NCBI GenBank assembly: GCA_003231645.1
Contig: QIIW01000151.1
Coordinates: 72,621-136,620, forward strand
DNA from: Acidimicrobiia bacterium
Lineage (GTDB): Bacteria > Actinomycetota > Acidimicrobiia > Acidimicrobiales > Aldehydirespiratoraceae
DNA length: 64,000 nucleotides
Reading direction: 5' to 3'
Below the pieces are notes generated by a model that worked only from the letters and a program-made list of their open reading frames with translations, had not been told where the DNA came from and searched no databases. Within the stretch, counting starts at the first letter, position 1. Each line of letters starts with the position of its first letter. This document shows, piece by piece, positions 8,165-17,258 of the stretch. A program made the position numbers and the translations under genes.

Positions 8165-9439
8165 TCAACCGAGTTCTCGGAGTGCTTCGGTGACCTCGAT
8201 GTCGTCATCGGGGTGGATGGTGCGCAGGTCGACGATCGTGTGCTGCTCGGACACGCGGGCGATCACCGGGCGGGTTCGTTCACGAAGGGCGGTGCGATGA
8301 TCGCCTGCCACCGACAACCCCACCGACGCGATCTCGACCCCGGGTAACGTACCGCCGCCGGGTGTGGCGGCGGTGTCGATCACGTCGCCGACGCCGTAGC
8401 TGTCGGCCCGTTGACGCAGGTCGGTGACCGGAATCGATGCCATTCGCCAGAAGGGGATCTGGTCGCCGGCTCCGCGCAGGTAGGAGAGGGCGGTGGCCTG
8501 TAGAGCGCCGAGAACGAGCGAACCGGGCCGTAGCGCCCTGGCCAGCGGATGGCGGGAGCATCGGGCGACCAGATCGGCCCGCCCGGCGATGATGCCGGCC
8601 TGGGGTCCGCCGAAGAGCTTGTCGCCGGAGAACGTGACCAGTGCCGCGCCTGCTTCGAGGGTCTGGCGGGCCGACGGTTCCCGGGCAAGCCAGCTTGGTG
8701 GGCCACCCGGCAGCCACGGGCAGCGACTGTCGAGCAGTCCCGACCCGATGTCGGCCACCAGTGGTGGACCGAGGTCGCTCAGCTCGATGGTGGTCGGGGC
8801 CTCGGTGAAACCGACGATGCGGTAGTTCGACTGGTGGACCTGCAACACGACGCCCACGTCATTGCCGACGTCGCCGACCGCCCGCTCGAAGTCGGCGCGT
8901 CGGGTGCGGTTGGTGGTGCCGACCTCGATCAGCCGAGCACCGGATCGTGCCATCACGTCCGGGATCCGGAAGCCGCCACCGATCTCGACCATTTCTCCGC
9001 GTGAGACGGTCACTCCCCGGCCTTCGGCGAGAGTGGCCAGCACCAGCATGACGGCGGCCGCACAGTTGTTGACCACGATCGCGGCCTCGGCCCCGCAGGC
9101 CTTGGCGATGAGGGCCGGGGCGGTCGACATGCGAGACCCTCGCTCACCGGTGGTCAGGTCGAGTTCGAGGTTGGTGTAGCCCTCGTCCTGATGCCATCGC
9201 AGTGGGGCCCGTCCGAGGTTGGTGTGCAGGAGCGTGCCGGTGGCGTTGATGACCGGAGTGAGAAGCCGTCGCTGCATGTTCCTCGCCATCTTGCGGGCAT
9301 CGTCGGGCGAGGCCGCGGCGATGGCCCGACGGGCGGCATCGACCAGCATCGGATGGGGGAGACCGGTATCGGTCAGAGATCGGGCGAGCCGGTCGACCGA
9401 TGGTGGCCAGTCGGCTCGGGTTTGGTCGGATCCAGCCAC
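8165..9439 (-). CDS. selA: L-seryl-tRNA(Sec) selenium transferase SelA
   Basis: 424 aa. VINATGTLLHTNLGRAP and the PLP-lysine segment VTFSGDKLFGGPQAGII are SelA hallmarks. Confidence 0.9.
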   Translation of the reverse strand: MAGSDQTRADWPPSVDRLARSLTDTGLPHPMLVDAARRAIAAASPDDARKMARNMQRRLLTPVINATGTLLHTNLGRAPLRWHQDEGYTNLELDLTTGERGSRMSTAPALIAKACGAEAAIVVNNCAAAVMLVLATLAEGRGVTVSRGEMVEIGGGFRIPDVMARSGARLIEVGTTNRTRRADFERAVGDVGNDVGVVLQVHQSNYRIVGFTEAPTTIELSDLGPPLVADIGSGLLDSRCPWLPGGPPSWLAREPSARQTLEAGAALVTFSGDKLFGGPQAGIIAGRADLVARCSRHPLARALRPGSLVLGALQATALSYLRGAGDQIPFWRMASIPVTDLRQRADSYGVGDVIDTAATPGGGTLPGVEIASVGLSVAGDHRTALRERTRPVIARVSEQHTIVDLRTIHPDDDIEVTEALRELG

Positions 9440-9483
9440 GGTGGCGCCAGCCTATTGGTCGCTGTCGCCCCTACGCTGATGAC

Positions 9484-9978
9484 GTGTTCGGGATCATCCT
9501 GCTGCTGTTTCTCGCCGTGCCGATCATCGAGATCTATCTCGTGATCCAGGTCGGCGCGTCGATCGGGATTCTGCCGACGGTCGCCCTTCTCATTCTGATC
9601 AGCATCGCCGGGGCTTGGCTGTTGCGCCACCAGGGCCTCAATGTGTTGGCCCGGATCCAGTCGAAGCTGGCCCGAGGGGAAATGCCGGGCAAGGAACTCG
9701 TCGACGGCCTGCTGATCGCGTTCGCCGGCGCTCTCATGCTCACTCCCGGCTTCCTGACCGACGCATTCGGGATCTTCCTGATGCTGCCCCCGACCCGGGC
9801 GATCGTGCGGGTGGCGCTGATGCACAGATTCGGTGCCCGGGTGAGTGCGGGTCAAGGGCCCTACGGCCCCGCCGGGTTTGCCACATGGGGTGGGTCCACG
9901 GTCGTGGGAGATGTGTGGGTATCGACCGATGACGATCCCGGCGACACCCCGATCGAACTCGGACCTCCCGGCGAGTAG
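9484..9978 (+). CDS. fxsA: FxsA-family cytoplasmic membrane protein
   Basis: LLLFLAVPIIEIYLVIQVG ... ALMLTPGFLTDAFGIFLMLPPTR is the FxsA signature. GTG 9484 avoids overlap with the selA start. Confidence 0.75.
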   Translation: MFGIILLLFLAVPIIEIYLVIQVGASIGILPTVALLILISIAGAWLLRHQGLNVLARIQSKLARGEMPGKELVDGLLIAFAGALMLTPGFLTDAFGIFLMLPPTRAIVRVALMHRFGARVSAGQGPYGPAGFATWGGSTVVGDVWVSTDDDPGDTPIELGPPGE

Positions 9979-9995
9979 CCCAAACCGCCCACAAA

Positions 9996-11570
9996 TCAGC
10001 GGTCGGTGTGCACCGGCCCCTGTCGGCTGACCAACTCGGCCAGCTTCAGACGGTTGATCGGCGGGGAGAACAGGTAGCCCTGACCAAAGCGGCACCCGAG
10101 ATCGGTCACCGCCCGGAGATCATCATCGGTTTCGACGCCCACCGCGCACACGTCGATTCCGCGCTCGGTCATGGCCTCGATCACGAGCTTGGCCCTTGCC
10201 CGGCCCCTCTCGCCGTGAATCGTCTGGATCACGCGCTGGTCCAGCTTCACACAGTCGACCGACTTCCGGCTGATGTAGTCACCTTCCATCGTGTGTGAAA
10301 GTTCGTCGATGACGACGGTGACGCCCAGCGCACGAAGTTGGGTGATCAGGCGAATCCCGGCGCTGGAACCCGATAGCGCCGCCGGGTGGATTTCGAGATG
10401 GATCTGATCGGCGGACGCCCCGGCGTTGTGCAGGGTGCGGGCCAACGAGAGCGGAAATCGGCTGTCGGTGAGTCGCCGGTCGGAGATGTTGATCGACATG
10501 AAAAGCGGGTCGGTGGCGGCGTCCGGCATGGACTCGAGCGTGGCGACGGCGTGTTGCATGACTGTTTCCTCGATACGCCGGATGAGTCCGCTGTCCTCGG
10601 CCGCGGAAACCAGTTCGCGCGGGTCGAGGTGCTTGCCGTCCTCCCCCCGGATCCGAAGCAGCGCTTCGGCGCCGACTATGCGGTGCGACCCCAACTCGAT
10701 GATCGGCTGGTAGTGGACCTCGATGGCGTCCTCATCGAGAGCGATGCGCAGACGCTGGTCGACACTCAGTCGGCGCTCGACCCGCCCTCTGAGGTCGTCG
10801 TCGAACAACTCACAACGGTCGCGGCCGAGCCCCTTGGCGTTGTACAGGGCGGTCTCCGACTCTCTGAGAAGCGTGGCGCCATCGGAGCGGTCCGAACCGA
10901 GCGTATAGCCCACCGAGAGCGTCAGTTCCGCCAGCAGGCTGTCGTCGGGCGCATCGGCGCAGACCGAACGGAACCGCTCGGCGAGAGCGGCGGCCTCGGC
11001 CGGGCCCTGCACGTCCGGGCAGGCGATGGCGAACCCGTCTCCTCCGACCCGAGCGAGACAATCGTCGGGTCTCAGCGAGCTGGACAGCCTCGCCGCGGCC
11101 AGCGTGAGCAGACGGTCGCCGGCCTCGTATCCCCGGGTGTCGTTGACCGCCTTGAAGCGGTCGACGTCGACGTTGAAGACACCCACATTCCGCCCGTCCC
11201 GGCCGCAGACCGTGATGGCGGCATCGATCTCGGCGATCAGGTGATCCCGGCCGGGCAACCCCGTGAGCCGGTCGGCGCTGGTGGCGGGTGCGGTATCGGA
11301 GACGAGAACATCGGCACCCGCCTCGCCGCCCATCACGGTGATCTCGACGAGTCGACTCCGGTCGGTCACCTTGTCGCTCACCCGTCCGAGAATCGTGGCG
11401 GAGTAGCTTCCTCCGGAGGTTCCGGCATGTCGAAGCAGCATTCTGACGGTGTCGACATCGTCTTGGTGCAGCCCGACGGGCAGGTCAACCGATTCGGTGC
11501 GGGTCCGCGCCTTGCTGCGGGCGTCGTCGACTCTTGCTGCTGCTGCCAATCGGCGATCCCATGACTTCAT
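9996..11570 (-). CDS. GGDEF/EAL two-domain c-di-GMP protein (GGDEF motif reads GGDGF; EAL motif intact)
   Basis: The GGDEF-type domain is LTGLPGRDHL ... DRFKAVND ... ARVGGDGFAI. The EAL domain is VHYQPII ... GAEALLR ... KLDQ. ATG 11570 with upstream GAGGTG replaces the Pro/Arg-rich ORF extension that overlaps mrp. Confidence 0.8.
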   Translation of the reverse strand: MKSWDRRLAAAARVDDARSKARTRTESVDLPVGLHQDDVDTVRMLLRHAGTSGGSYSATILGRVSDKVTDRSRLVEITVMGGEAGADVLVSDTAPATSADRLTGLPGRDHLIAEIDAAITVCGRDGRNVGVFNVDVDRFKAVNDTRGYEAGDRLLTLAAARLSSSLRPDDCLARVGGDGFAIACPDVQGPAEAAALAERFRSVCADAPDDSLLAELTLSVGYTLGSDRSDGATLLRESETALYNAKGLGRDRCELFDDDLRGRVERRLSVDQRLRIALDEDAIEVHYQPIIELGSHRIVGAEALLRIRGEDGKHLDPRELVSAAEDSGLIRRIEETVMQHAVATLESMPDAATDPLFMSINISDRRLTDSRFPLSLARTLHNAGASADQIHLEIHPAALSGSSAGIRLITQLRALGVTVVIDELSHTMEGDYISRKSVDCVKLDQRVIQTIHGERGRARAKLVIEAMTERGIDVCAVGVETDDDLRAVTDLGCRFGQGYLFSPPINRLKLAELVSRQGPVHTDR

Positions 11571-11631
11571 GGTCACCTCTGCGCCCGTCGGTTGCGTCGT
11601 GTCCAATCGGCGGGAGCGGGCGAGACTTGAG

Positions 11632-12813
11632 TCAGGCAACCGTCGGCGCGGTGTCCTCGACGGCGTCGAGGGCGGCGACCGCGGCGTCGAGCATGCGGGC
11701 GCTGCAGCCGGCCATCTCGACCGGCGGGACGTATTCGGCGACGATCGAGGCCGCGATCGATCGGAACGCCTCGGCGGCCGTACTGTCGCCCAGGACAGCC
11801 GGTGTGCCGGCATCGCCGCCGGCCGAGACGGCGGGCTCGATCGGAATGACACCCAACAGAGGCGCCCCTATCTCGGCCGCCAGTTGGCGGCCTCCTCCGG
11901 TGCCGAACAGGGCATGGTGAGAGCCGTCAGGGGCCACGAACTCGGTCATGTTCTCGATCACACCCACGATCCGCAGGTAGTTCTTTCGACCCATGTCGGC
12001 CACTCTCGCCGCGACCTTCTGGGCGGCGAGCGCTGGGGTGGTGACGATGATCATCTCGGCCCGGGGCAGCATCTTGGCCAGGCCCATCTGCACATCGCCG
12101 GTGCCGGGCGGCATGTCGATGAGCAGATAGCCGAGGTCGGTCGGCCAGGCGACATCCTGGCAGAAGTGCTGCACGGCACGGTTGAGCATCAGGCCGCGCC
12201 ACATCAGGGCGGAATCTTCGCGTTCGACCAGGAATCCCATCGAAACCACTTCGAGCCGTCCCTCGCCGATCTGACGCGAGACCGGTGAGATCTTGCCGCC
12301 GAAGGCCAGCAGATCGCCGTCGACCCCGAGCATGCGTGGCACCGAGAAGCCCCAGATGTCGGCGTCCATCACACCGACGTTGAACCCCGAATCGGCAAGC
12401 GCGGCCGCCAGATTGGTGGTGACCGACGACTTGCCGACACCGCCCTTACCCGACGCGATCATGATGACCTTGGTGGTCGCCGGGATCGAGGTGTCGGGGG
12501 CGTTGCGGCTGACGTTGAAGCGGGCCTTCGACATGGCCGTCTGCTTCTCGTCGGCGGTGAGTTCACCCCAGTTGATCTTCACCCGGGTGACCCCCGGAAG
12601 GGTCTCGAGACGGTTTCGGATGTCCTTTTGGATCTGGGCGCGCAACGGGCATCCACTGGTGGTGAGGGCGATCTCGAGGAGGACGACACCATCGTCGATC
12701 TGCACCGATCGGACCATGTCTAGATCTACGATGTCGGTGCCGAGTTCAGGGTCGATCACACCGCGCAGAAGGCCGGTGAGATCATCGGCGGTCGGCGGAG
12801 CGGTGGAGACCAC
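11632..12813 (-). CDS. mrp: Mrp/ApbC/NBP35-family Fe-S cluster carrier ATPase
   Basis: The N-terminal DUF59-like part is VIDPELGTDIVDLDMV. The deviant Walker A is IASGKGGVGKSSVTTNLA, and a CPxC-type region is present. Confidence 0.85.
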   Translation of the reverse strand: MVSTAPPTADDLTGLLRGVIDPELGTDIVDLDMVRSVQIDDGVVLLEIALTTSGCPLRAQIQKDIRNRLETLPGVTRVKINWGELTADEKQTAMSKARFNVSRNAPDTSIPATTKVIMIASGKGGVGKSSVTTNLAAALADSGFNVGVMDADIWGFSVPRMLGVDGDLLAFGGKISPVSRQIGEGRLEVVSMGFLVEREDSALMWRGLMLNRAVQHFCQDVAWPTDLGYLLIDMPPGTGDVQMGLAKMLPRAEMIIVTTPALAAQKVAARVADMGRKNYLRIVGVIENMTEFVAPDGSHHALFGTGGGRQLAAEIGAPLLGVIPIEPAVSAGGDAGTPAVLGDSTAAEAFRSIAASIVAEYVPPVEMAGCSARMLDAAVAALDAVEDTAPTVA

Positions 12814-12961
12814 GGGGAAGATCCTATCTGCGGGGCCCGAGCAGCAGTCGAGGCCGGCGGTTGCTCGGCATCCCGGACGCTGTCGGCAGTGCAGTGCTCA
12901 CGACTAGAGTTCTGACCACTGGTTGAGCGGGTATGGACCCCCGCCGAGAGGAGACCTGACC

Positions 12962-13282
12962 GTGATCGCCCTTACCGACAACGCCGCCACCAAGGTCGGC
13001 GAACTCATCAAGGCAGAAAGTGAAGAGGGTTTGGCGCTTCGGGTTGCGGTGCGTCCCGGCGGATGTTCCGGCTTCTCCTACGACATCTTCTTCGATTCCG
13101 ACATCGCCGACGACGACATCAGGACGACCCACGGGTCGATCAGTGTCGTGGTCGATCCGTCGTCGGCCCGGATGCTCGACGGCGCGACCCTCGACTACCG
13201 CGATGGCCTACAGGATTCGGGGTTCTCGATCGACAACCCCAACGCCCAGAACAGCTGCGGCTGCGGCAACAGCTTCAGCTGA
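12962..13282 (+). CDS. erpA: HesB/IscA/ErpA-family iron-sulfur cluster insertion protein
   Basis: LALRVAVRPGGCSGFSY ... C-terminal NSCGCGNSF is the A-type carrier signature. GTG 12962 lies 8 nt after GAGAGGAG. Confidence 0.85.
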   Translation: MIALTDNAATKVGELIKAESEEGLALRVAVRPGGCSGFSYDIFFDSDIADDDIRTTHGSISVVVDPSSARMLDGATLDYRDGLQDSGFSIDNPNAQNSCGCGNSFS

Positions 13283-13328
13283 CCGCAGTATCGACGGAAC
13301 CGGCGACGCCGGGTCGGAACCCTTTTCG

Positions 13329-14882
13329 ATGATCACCGAACATCACGACGCCATCGAATTCACGGTCGACGGGCGGACGGTCACCGTGGCTGACGAGAGT
13401 ACGACCCTCCTCGACGTGTTGCGCGACGAACTGGGAATCGTTTCGGTGAAGGACGGCTGCAGCCCCCAGGGTCAGTGCGGTTGTTGCACGGTTCTGGTCG
13501 ACGGTCAGCCGCGGGTGTCGTGCGTGACCCCGGTGCGGCGCCTCGGCGGTCGTGAGATCACCACCGTCGACGGCCTCGACCCGTTGGTCGCCGATGCCTG
13601 GGCACGGGCATTCCACTCGACGGGTGGGAGCCAGTGCGGATTCTGCACGCCCGGCATCATCTGCCGATTCGAGGGGCTCCGCGCCAAGGGCGTCGACCAC
13701 CACGATCGGACCGCGGCGGCCAATGCACTTGCCACCCACCTGTGCCGGTGCACCGGATGGCAGACGGTGGTCGACGCGTGGACCGTGTTCGGTGGCGACA
13801 GAGCGGAACGACCGGAGCGACCCGATGGCGAACGTCGAGCGACGCTCGAGGGCAGGACGCACCAGATGGTCGATACGTCGGTGGCCCTCGGCCGGGCCGG
13901 TTTCGCCGACGACACCGCGCCGCCCGATTCACTGGTTGCCGTGCCCGCCGCGGACGGTGGCGGTTGGGTGGTGGCCGCGACCCGTGCCGCCGCGTTTCGT
14001 GAGGCCGGCAAGGTCCAGGGGCGACGCACCACCGGCGCGTGGGGCCCGCCGTTGGAGATTCCCGAGGGTGACTGGGATGTGTCGCTCGCCACGTCATGGG
14101 TCGAGCCGGCCTACCTCGAGACCGACGCGTCGTGGTGTCGGCCCGGCGGCGATCCGGCATCGTCCCTCACCAACGGCGGGGCGTTCGGGTCGAAGACGAC
14201 GAGCGAGGTCGCAGCGGTGGCTCGCCGGCTGGCCGACGAGCATGGTCGCCCGGTGCGAGTTCTCTACGCCAGAGAGGACGTGGTGGGGCGAGGGCCCAAG
14301 CGCCCGCCGATCGCCGCCGGCCTACGGCGCGACGGAACCGGTGTGGTCCGGGTGGTCCGAACGCCCGGGATCGCCGAGGCGATCCATTCCTTTCTCCCCG
14401 GCGTCGAGGTTGACGAGGTCGATGTCCCCGGGCCGGCCACGTCGGTGGAGGTGCGCGGCGCGGGTTGGGTCGAGGCGGCGGTTCTGGCCGCAGGTGTTCG
14501 GGGCGAGGTTGGGTGGATCGAGTCACCCTCCGGTGGATCGGCTACGGCGAGTATCGGAGCCGACGGCTCGATCGACATTGAGGTTCGCTGCGGTGTGCCG
14601 CTCGACGAGATCGTGCTGCGTTCCTACTGCGTCGGTGCCGCCCACATGGCCTTGTCGTGGGTCACCAGTGAGTCTCTCGCCGTCGACAAGTCCGGTGAGA
14701 TCCACGACCTGACGATCAGATCGTTCGGGGTGGTCCGGGCGGTCGACACGCCTCGAATCAACGTCGCCATCGTCGATGATGAAGGACCGGCGGTCAACGG
14801 GAGCGACGCGGTGTTCGCGGCGGCGGCCGCCGCGAAATGGCTTGATCTCGGGCTCCCGGCGCGGTGGCCCCATACATTGTGA
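13329..14882 (+). CDS. fusion of CoxS-type [2Fe-2S] domain with a shortened xanthine-dehydrogenase-family (molybdo-hydroxylase-like) domain
   Basis: The N-terminal 150 aa carry both cluster motifs: GCSPQGQCGCCTV, and QCGFCTPGII ... LCRCTGW. The remaining ~360 aa carry XDH-family-like blocks (ALGRAGFADD; GGAFGSKTT ... GRPVRVLYAREDV; C-terminal ... IRSFGVVRAVDTPRINV ... NGSDAVF). That is about half the length of a normal Mo subunit. Confidence 0.65.
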   Translation: MITEHHDAIEFTVDGRTVTVADESTTLLDVLRDELGIVSVKDGCSPQGQCGCCTVLVDGQPRVSCVTPVRRLGGREITTVDGLDPLVADAWARAFHSTGGSQCGFCTPGIICRFEGLRAKGVDHHDRTAAANALATHLCRCTGWQTVVDAWTVFGGDRAERPERPDGERRATLEGRTHQMVDTSVALGRAGFADDTAPPDSLVAVPAADGGGWVVAATRAAAFREAGKVQGRRTTGAWGPPLEIPEGDWDVSLATSWVEPAYLETDASWCRPGGDPASSLTNGGAFGSKTTSEVAAVARRLADEHGRPVRVLYAREDVVGRGPKRPPIAAGLRRDGTGVVRVVRTPGIAEAIHSFLPGVEVDEVDVPGPATSVEVRGAGWVEAAVLAAGVRGEVGWIESPSGGSATASIGADGSIDIEVRCGVPLDEIVLRSYCVGAAHMALSWVTSESLAVDKSGEIHDLTIRSFGVVRAVDTPRINVAIVDDEGPAVNGSDAVFAAAAAAKWLDLGLPARWPHTL

Positions 14883-14908
14883 TGAGCGACATCGAGCAGG
14901 AGAATATT

Positions 14909-15253
14909 ATGAGCAAGCCCGTGGGCCCCTACACTCCGATCGTTCGTGGCGGCGACCTCCTCTACACATCCGGCCAGATCGGGGTCGCCGATGGACAACT
15001 CGTCGAGGGTGGTCTCGAAACGGAACTCCGACGGGCCTTCGTCAACCTGCGCGAGGTTCTCTCGTCGGCCCACGCGTCGTTGTCCGATGTGGTGAAGACC
15101 ACCGTGTTTCTCGCCGACATCGACGACTACGGCGCCATGAACGCGATCTACACGCAGGAGTTCGGCGACCATCGTCCGGCCCGCTCCGCCGTGGCCGTCG
15201 CCGCGCTGCCCCTCGGCGCACGCGTCGAGATCGAGGCCGTGGCCACGGTCTGA
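14909..15253 (+). CDS. ridA: RidA/YjgF-family reactive-intermediate deaminase
   Basis: MSKPVGPYTPIVRGGDLLYTSGQIG ... VKTTVFLADIDDY ... PARSAVAVAALPLGARVEIEAVA. AGGAGA precedes ATG 14909. Confidence 0.85.
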   Translation: MSKPVGPYTPIVRGGDLLYTSGQIGVADGQLVEGGLETELRRAFVNLREVLSSAHASLSDVVKTTVFLADIDDYGAMNAIYTQEFGDHRPARSAVAVAALPLGARVEIEAVATV

Positions 15254-15306
15254 TTCGTGGTCTCCCGGCGAGGTCCACAAGCGTGGTGGGGGCGTAGCCT
15301 GCCTCC

Positions 15307-16989
15307 ATGGAATGCGACTCGCTCATTGAGTACATCCGTCGGTCGGTGATCGGCCGCGACCAGATGGTCGACGGCGTGTTCGGGCCCCGGCCGGTCGTCT
15401 ACGCCGACTACACCGCATCGGGTCGGTCGCTCTCGTTCATCGAGGACTACATCCGTGAGTCGGTTCTGCCCCTCTACGCCAACACCCACACCGAGTCGTC
15501 GGGCACCGGGCTGCAGACCAGTCGTTTTCGCGAGGACGCGAGGGAGATCATCAGGACGAGCGTCGGCGCGTCCGACGAACACGCGGTGCTGTTCTGCGGC
15601 AGCGGTTCCACCTACGCCATCGACCGCATGATCGGGGTGATGGGACTGCGGGTACCCGCCGTGTTCGCCGAGAAACACGCCGAGGTGTCCCGGATCCCTG
15701 CCGATGAGCGCCCGGTGGTGTTCATCGGCCCCTACGAGCATCACTCCAACGAGCTTCCCTGGCGTGAATCGATTGCCGACGTCGTGACGATCGACGAGGA
15801 CGAGAACGGCCACATCGACATGGGGCACCTGGCGGCGGAACTCGAACATCACGGCGACCGTCCACTGCTGATCGGGTCGTTCTCGGCCGCCTCCAACGTC
15901 ACTGGCATCGTCACCGACACCGACGCGATCGCCACGCTGCTGCATCGCCACGGTGCTCTCTCGTTCTGGGATTTCGCGGCCGCTGCCCCCTACGTCGAGA
16001 TCTCGATGGGATCCAATGCCAACGGTAACCTCGCCTACAAGGACGGGGTGTTCATCTCGCCCCACAAATTCATCGGCGGACCGGGCACGCCGGGTGTGTT
16101 GGTGGCCCGCAGGGAACTGTTCTCCAACCAGGTGCCCGACGTGCCCGGCGGAGGAACCGTCAAGTTCGTCAACGCCGATGACCACGCCTACCTCGACGAG
16201 ATCGAGCATCGTGAGGAGGGCGGCACCCCGGCGATCGTCGAGTCGATCCGCGCCGGGCTTGTATTCCAGCTCAAGTGCGCGGTCGGGTCCTCGGAGATCC
16301 GTCGACGCGAGGAGAGCTTCGTGTCACGTGCGGTCGAGGCATGGGATCGAAACCCCGCCATCTGGGTCCTCGGCAACCACGAAGCCGAACGGCTGTCGAT
16401 CGTGTCGTTCGTGGTTCGCCACGGCGATCGCTTCCTCCACCACAACTTCGTGGTCGCTCTGCTCAACGACCTGTTCGGGATTCAATCACGCGGTGGCTGC
16501 TCGTGCGCCGGACCATACGGCCACCGCCTGCTCCACATCGACATCGTCCGGTCACACGAGTTCGAACGTGAGATCGCCCGTGGTTGCGAAGGCATCAAGC
16601 CCGGATGGGTGCGGGTCAACTTCAACTACTTCATCGACGAAGCGGTCTTCGACTACGTGGTGGCTGCGGTCGATTTGGTCGCCACCCACGGTGCCAAGCT
16701 CCTGCCGTTCTACCGTCTCCAGCCCGACACCGGAATATGGCGTCATCGCGGCGGCGCCGCCCCGGCGCCCATGAGCCTCCACGACATCGACTACTCGACC
16801 GGCACCATGGCGTTCCCGCCTCGGGCCGGTAGTGAGGTTGCCGGCTCGTTCGAGCACTATCTCGACGAGGCCAAGCGCGTCTTCGCCGACGCCGAGGCCA
16901 ATCGGCCCGACGCGATCGGTCGGCCCGACGTGAGCGCCGATTTCGAAAGTCTGCGCTGGTTTCCGTTTCCCGACGAACTCGGCCTCTGA
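15307..16989 (+). CDS. class V aminotransferase-fold PLP enzyme, cysteine desulfurase/selenocysteine lyase-like (long 560-aa form)
   Basis: YANTHTESS ... the PLP-lysine block ISPHKFIGGPGTPGVL ... the candidate active-site Cys loop SRGGCSCAGPYGH. It has an extra ~150-aa C-terminal region. Confidence 0.7.
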   Translation: MECDSLIEYIRRSVIGRDQMVDGVFGPRPVVYADYTASGRSLSFIEDYIRESVLPLYANTHTESSGTGLQTSRFREDAREIIRTSVGASDEHAVLFCGSGSTYAIDRMIGVMGLRVPAVFAEKHAEVSRIPADERPVVFIGPYEHHSNELPWRESIADVVTIDEDENGHIDMGHLAAELEHHGDRPLLIGSFSAASNVTGIVTDTDAIATLLHRHGALSFWDFAAAAPYVEISMGSNANGNLAYKDGVFISPHKFIGGPGTPGVLVARRELFSNQVPDVPGGGTVKFVNADDHAYLDEIEHREEGGTPAIVESIRAGLVFQLKCAVGSSEIRRREESFVSRAVEAWDRNPAIWVLGNHEAERLSIVSFVVRHGDRFLHHNFVVALLNDLFGIQSRGGCSCAGPYGHRLLHIDIVRSHEFEREIARGCEGIKPGWVRVNFNYFIDEAVFDYVVAAVDLVATHGAKLLPFYRLQPDTGIWRHRGGAAPAPMSLHDIDYSTGTMAFPPRAGSEVAGSFEHYLDEAKRVFADAEANRPDAIGRPDVSADFESLRWFPFPDELGL

Positions 16990-17047
16990 TCGGCGGGGAT
17001 CACGGGCGGTATCGCCGCACTCGCCCCGCGTCTGGCAGACTGCGTCC

Positions 17048-17242
17048 ATGGTCGGAGCGGTCATCATCGTGCTCGTGCTCGTGGTCGTGATACCGGTCGG
17101 TGTCGTCGTGAGCGGAGCCGCAGGAGCAGGTCTGCTCGGCTGGCTGATCGGGCGCGACCGCGATCTGGCCAACATCGATGACGATGGCCGACCCAACGAG
17201 TATCTCCGGTTGGCCGATTCTGATCCTTGGGAACACGGCTGA
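17048..17242 (+). CDS. small membrane protein, unknown function
   Basis: 64 aa with a hydrophobic N-terminus (VIIVLVLVVVIPVGVVVSGAAGAGLLGWLIG) and an acidic tail. Third codon positions are consistently G/C. Confidence 0.45.
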   Translation: MVGAVIIVLVLVVVIPVGVVVSGAAGAGLLGWLIGRDRDLANIDDDGRPNEYLRLADSDPWEHG

Positions 17243-17258
17243 TCCCCGGAGATGGGGG

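Noticed and set aside
9996-11852. N-terminal extensions offered by the ORF track: the first 94 codons of 9996..11852, 1715..2305 of the STAS ORF, 34772..34975 of the MFS ORF, 25818..26081 of tadA, and 13020..13328 of the XDH-like ORF.
   Set aside because: The extensions overlap neighbouring genes, are Pro/Arg-rich, and are followed by internal starts with SD-like sequences or stop/start overlaps that match family N-termini.
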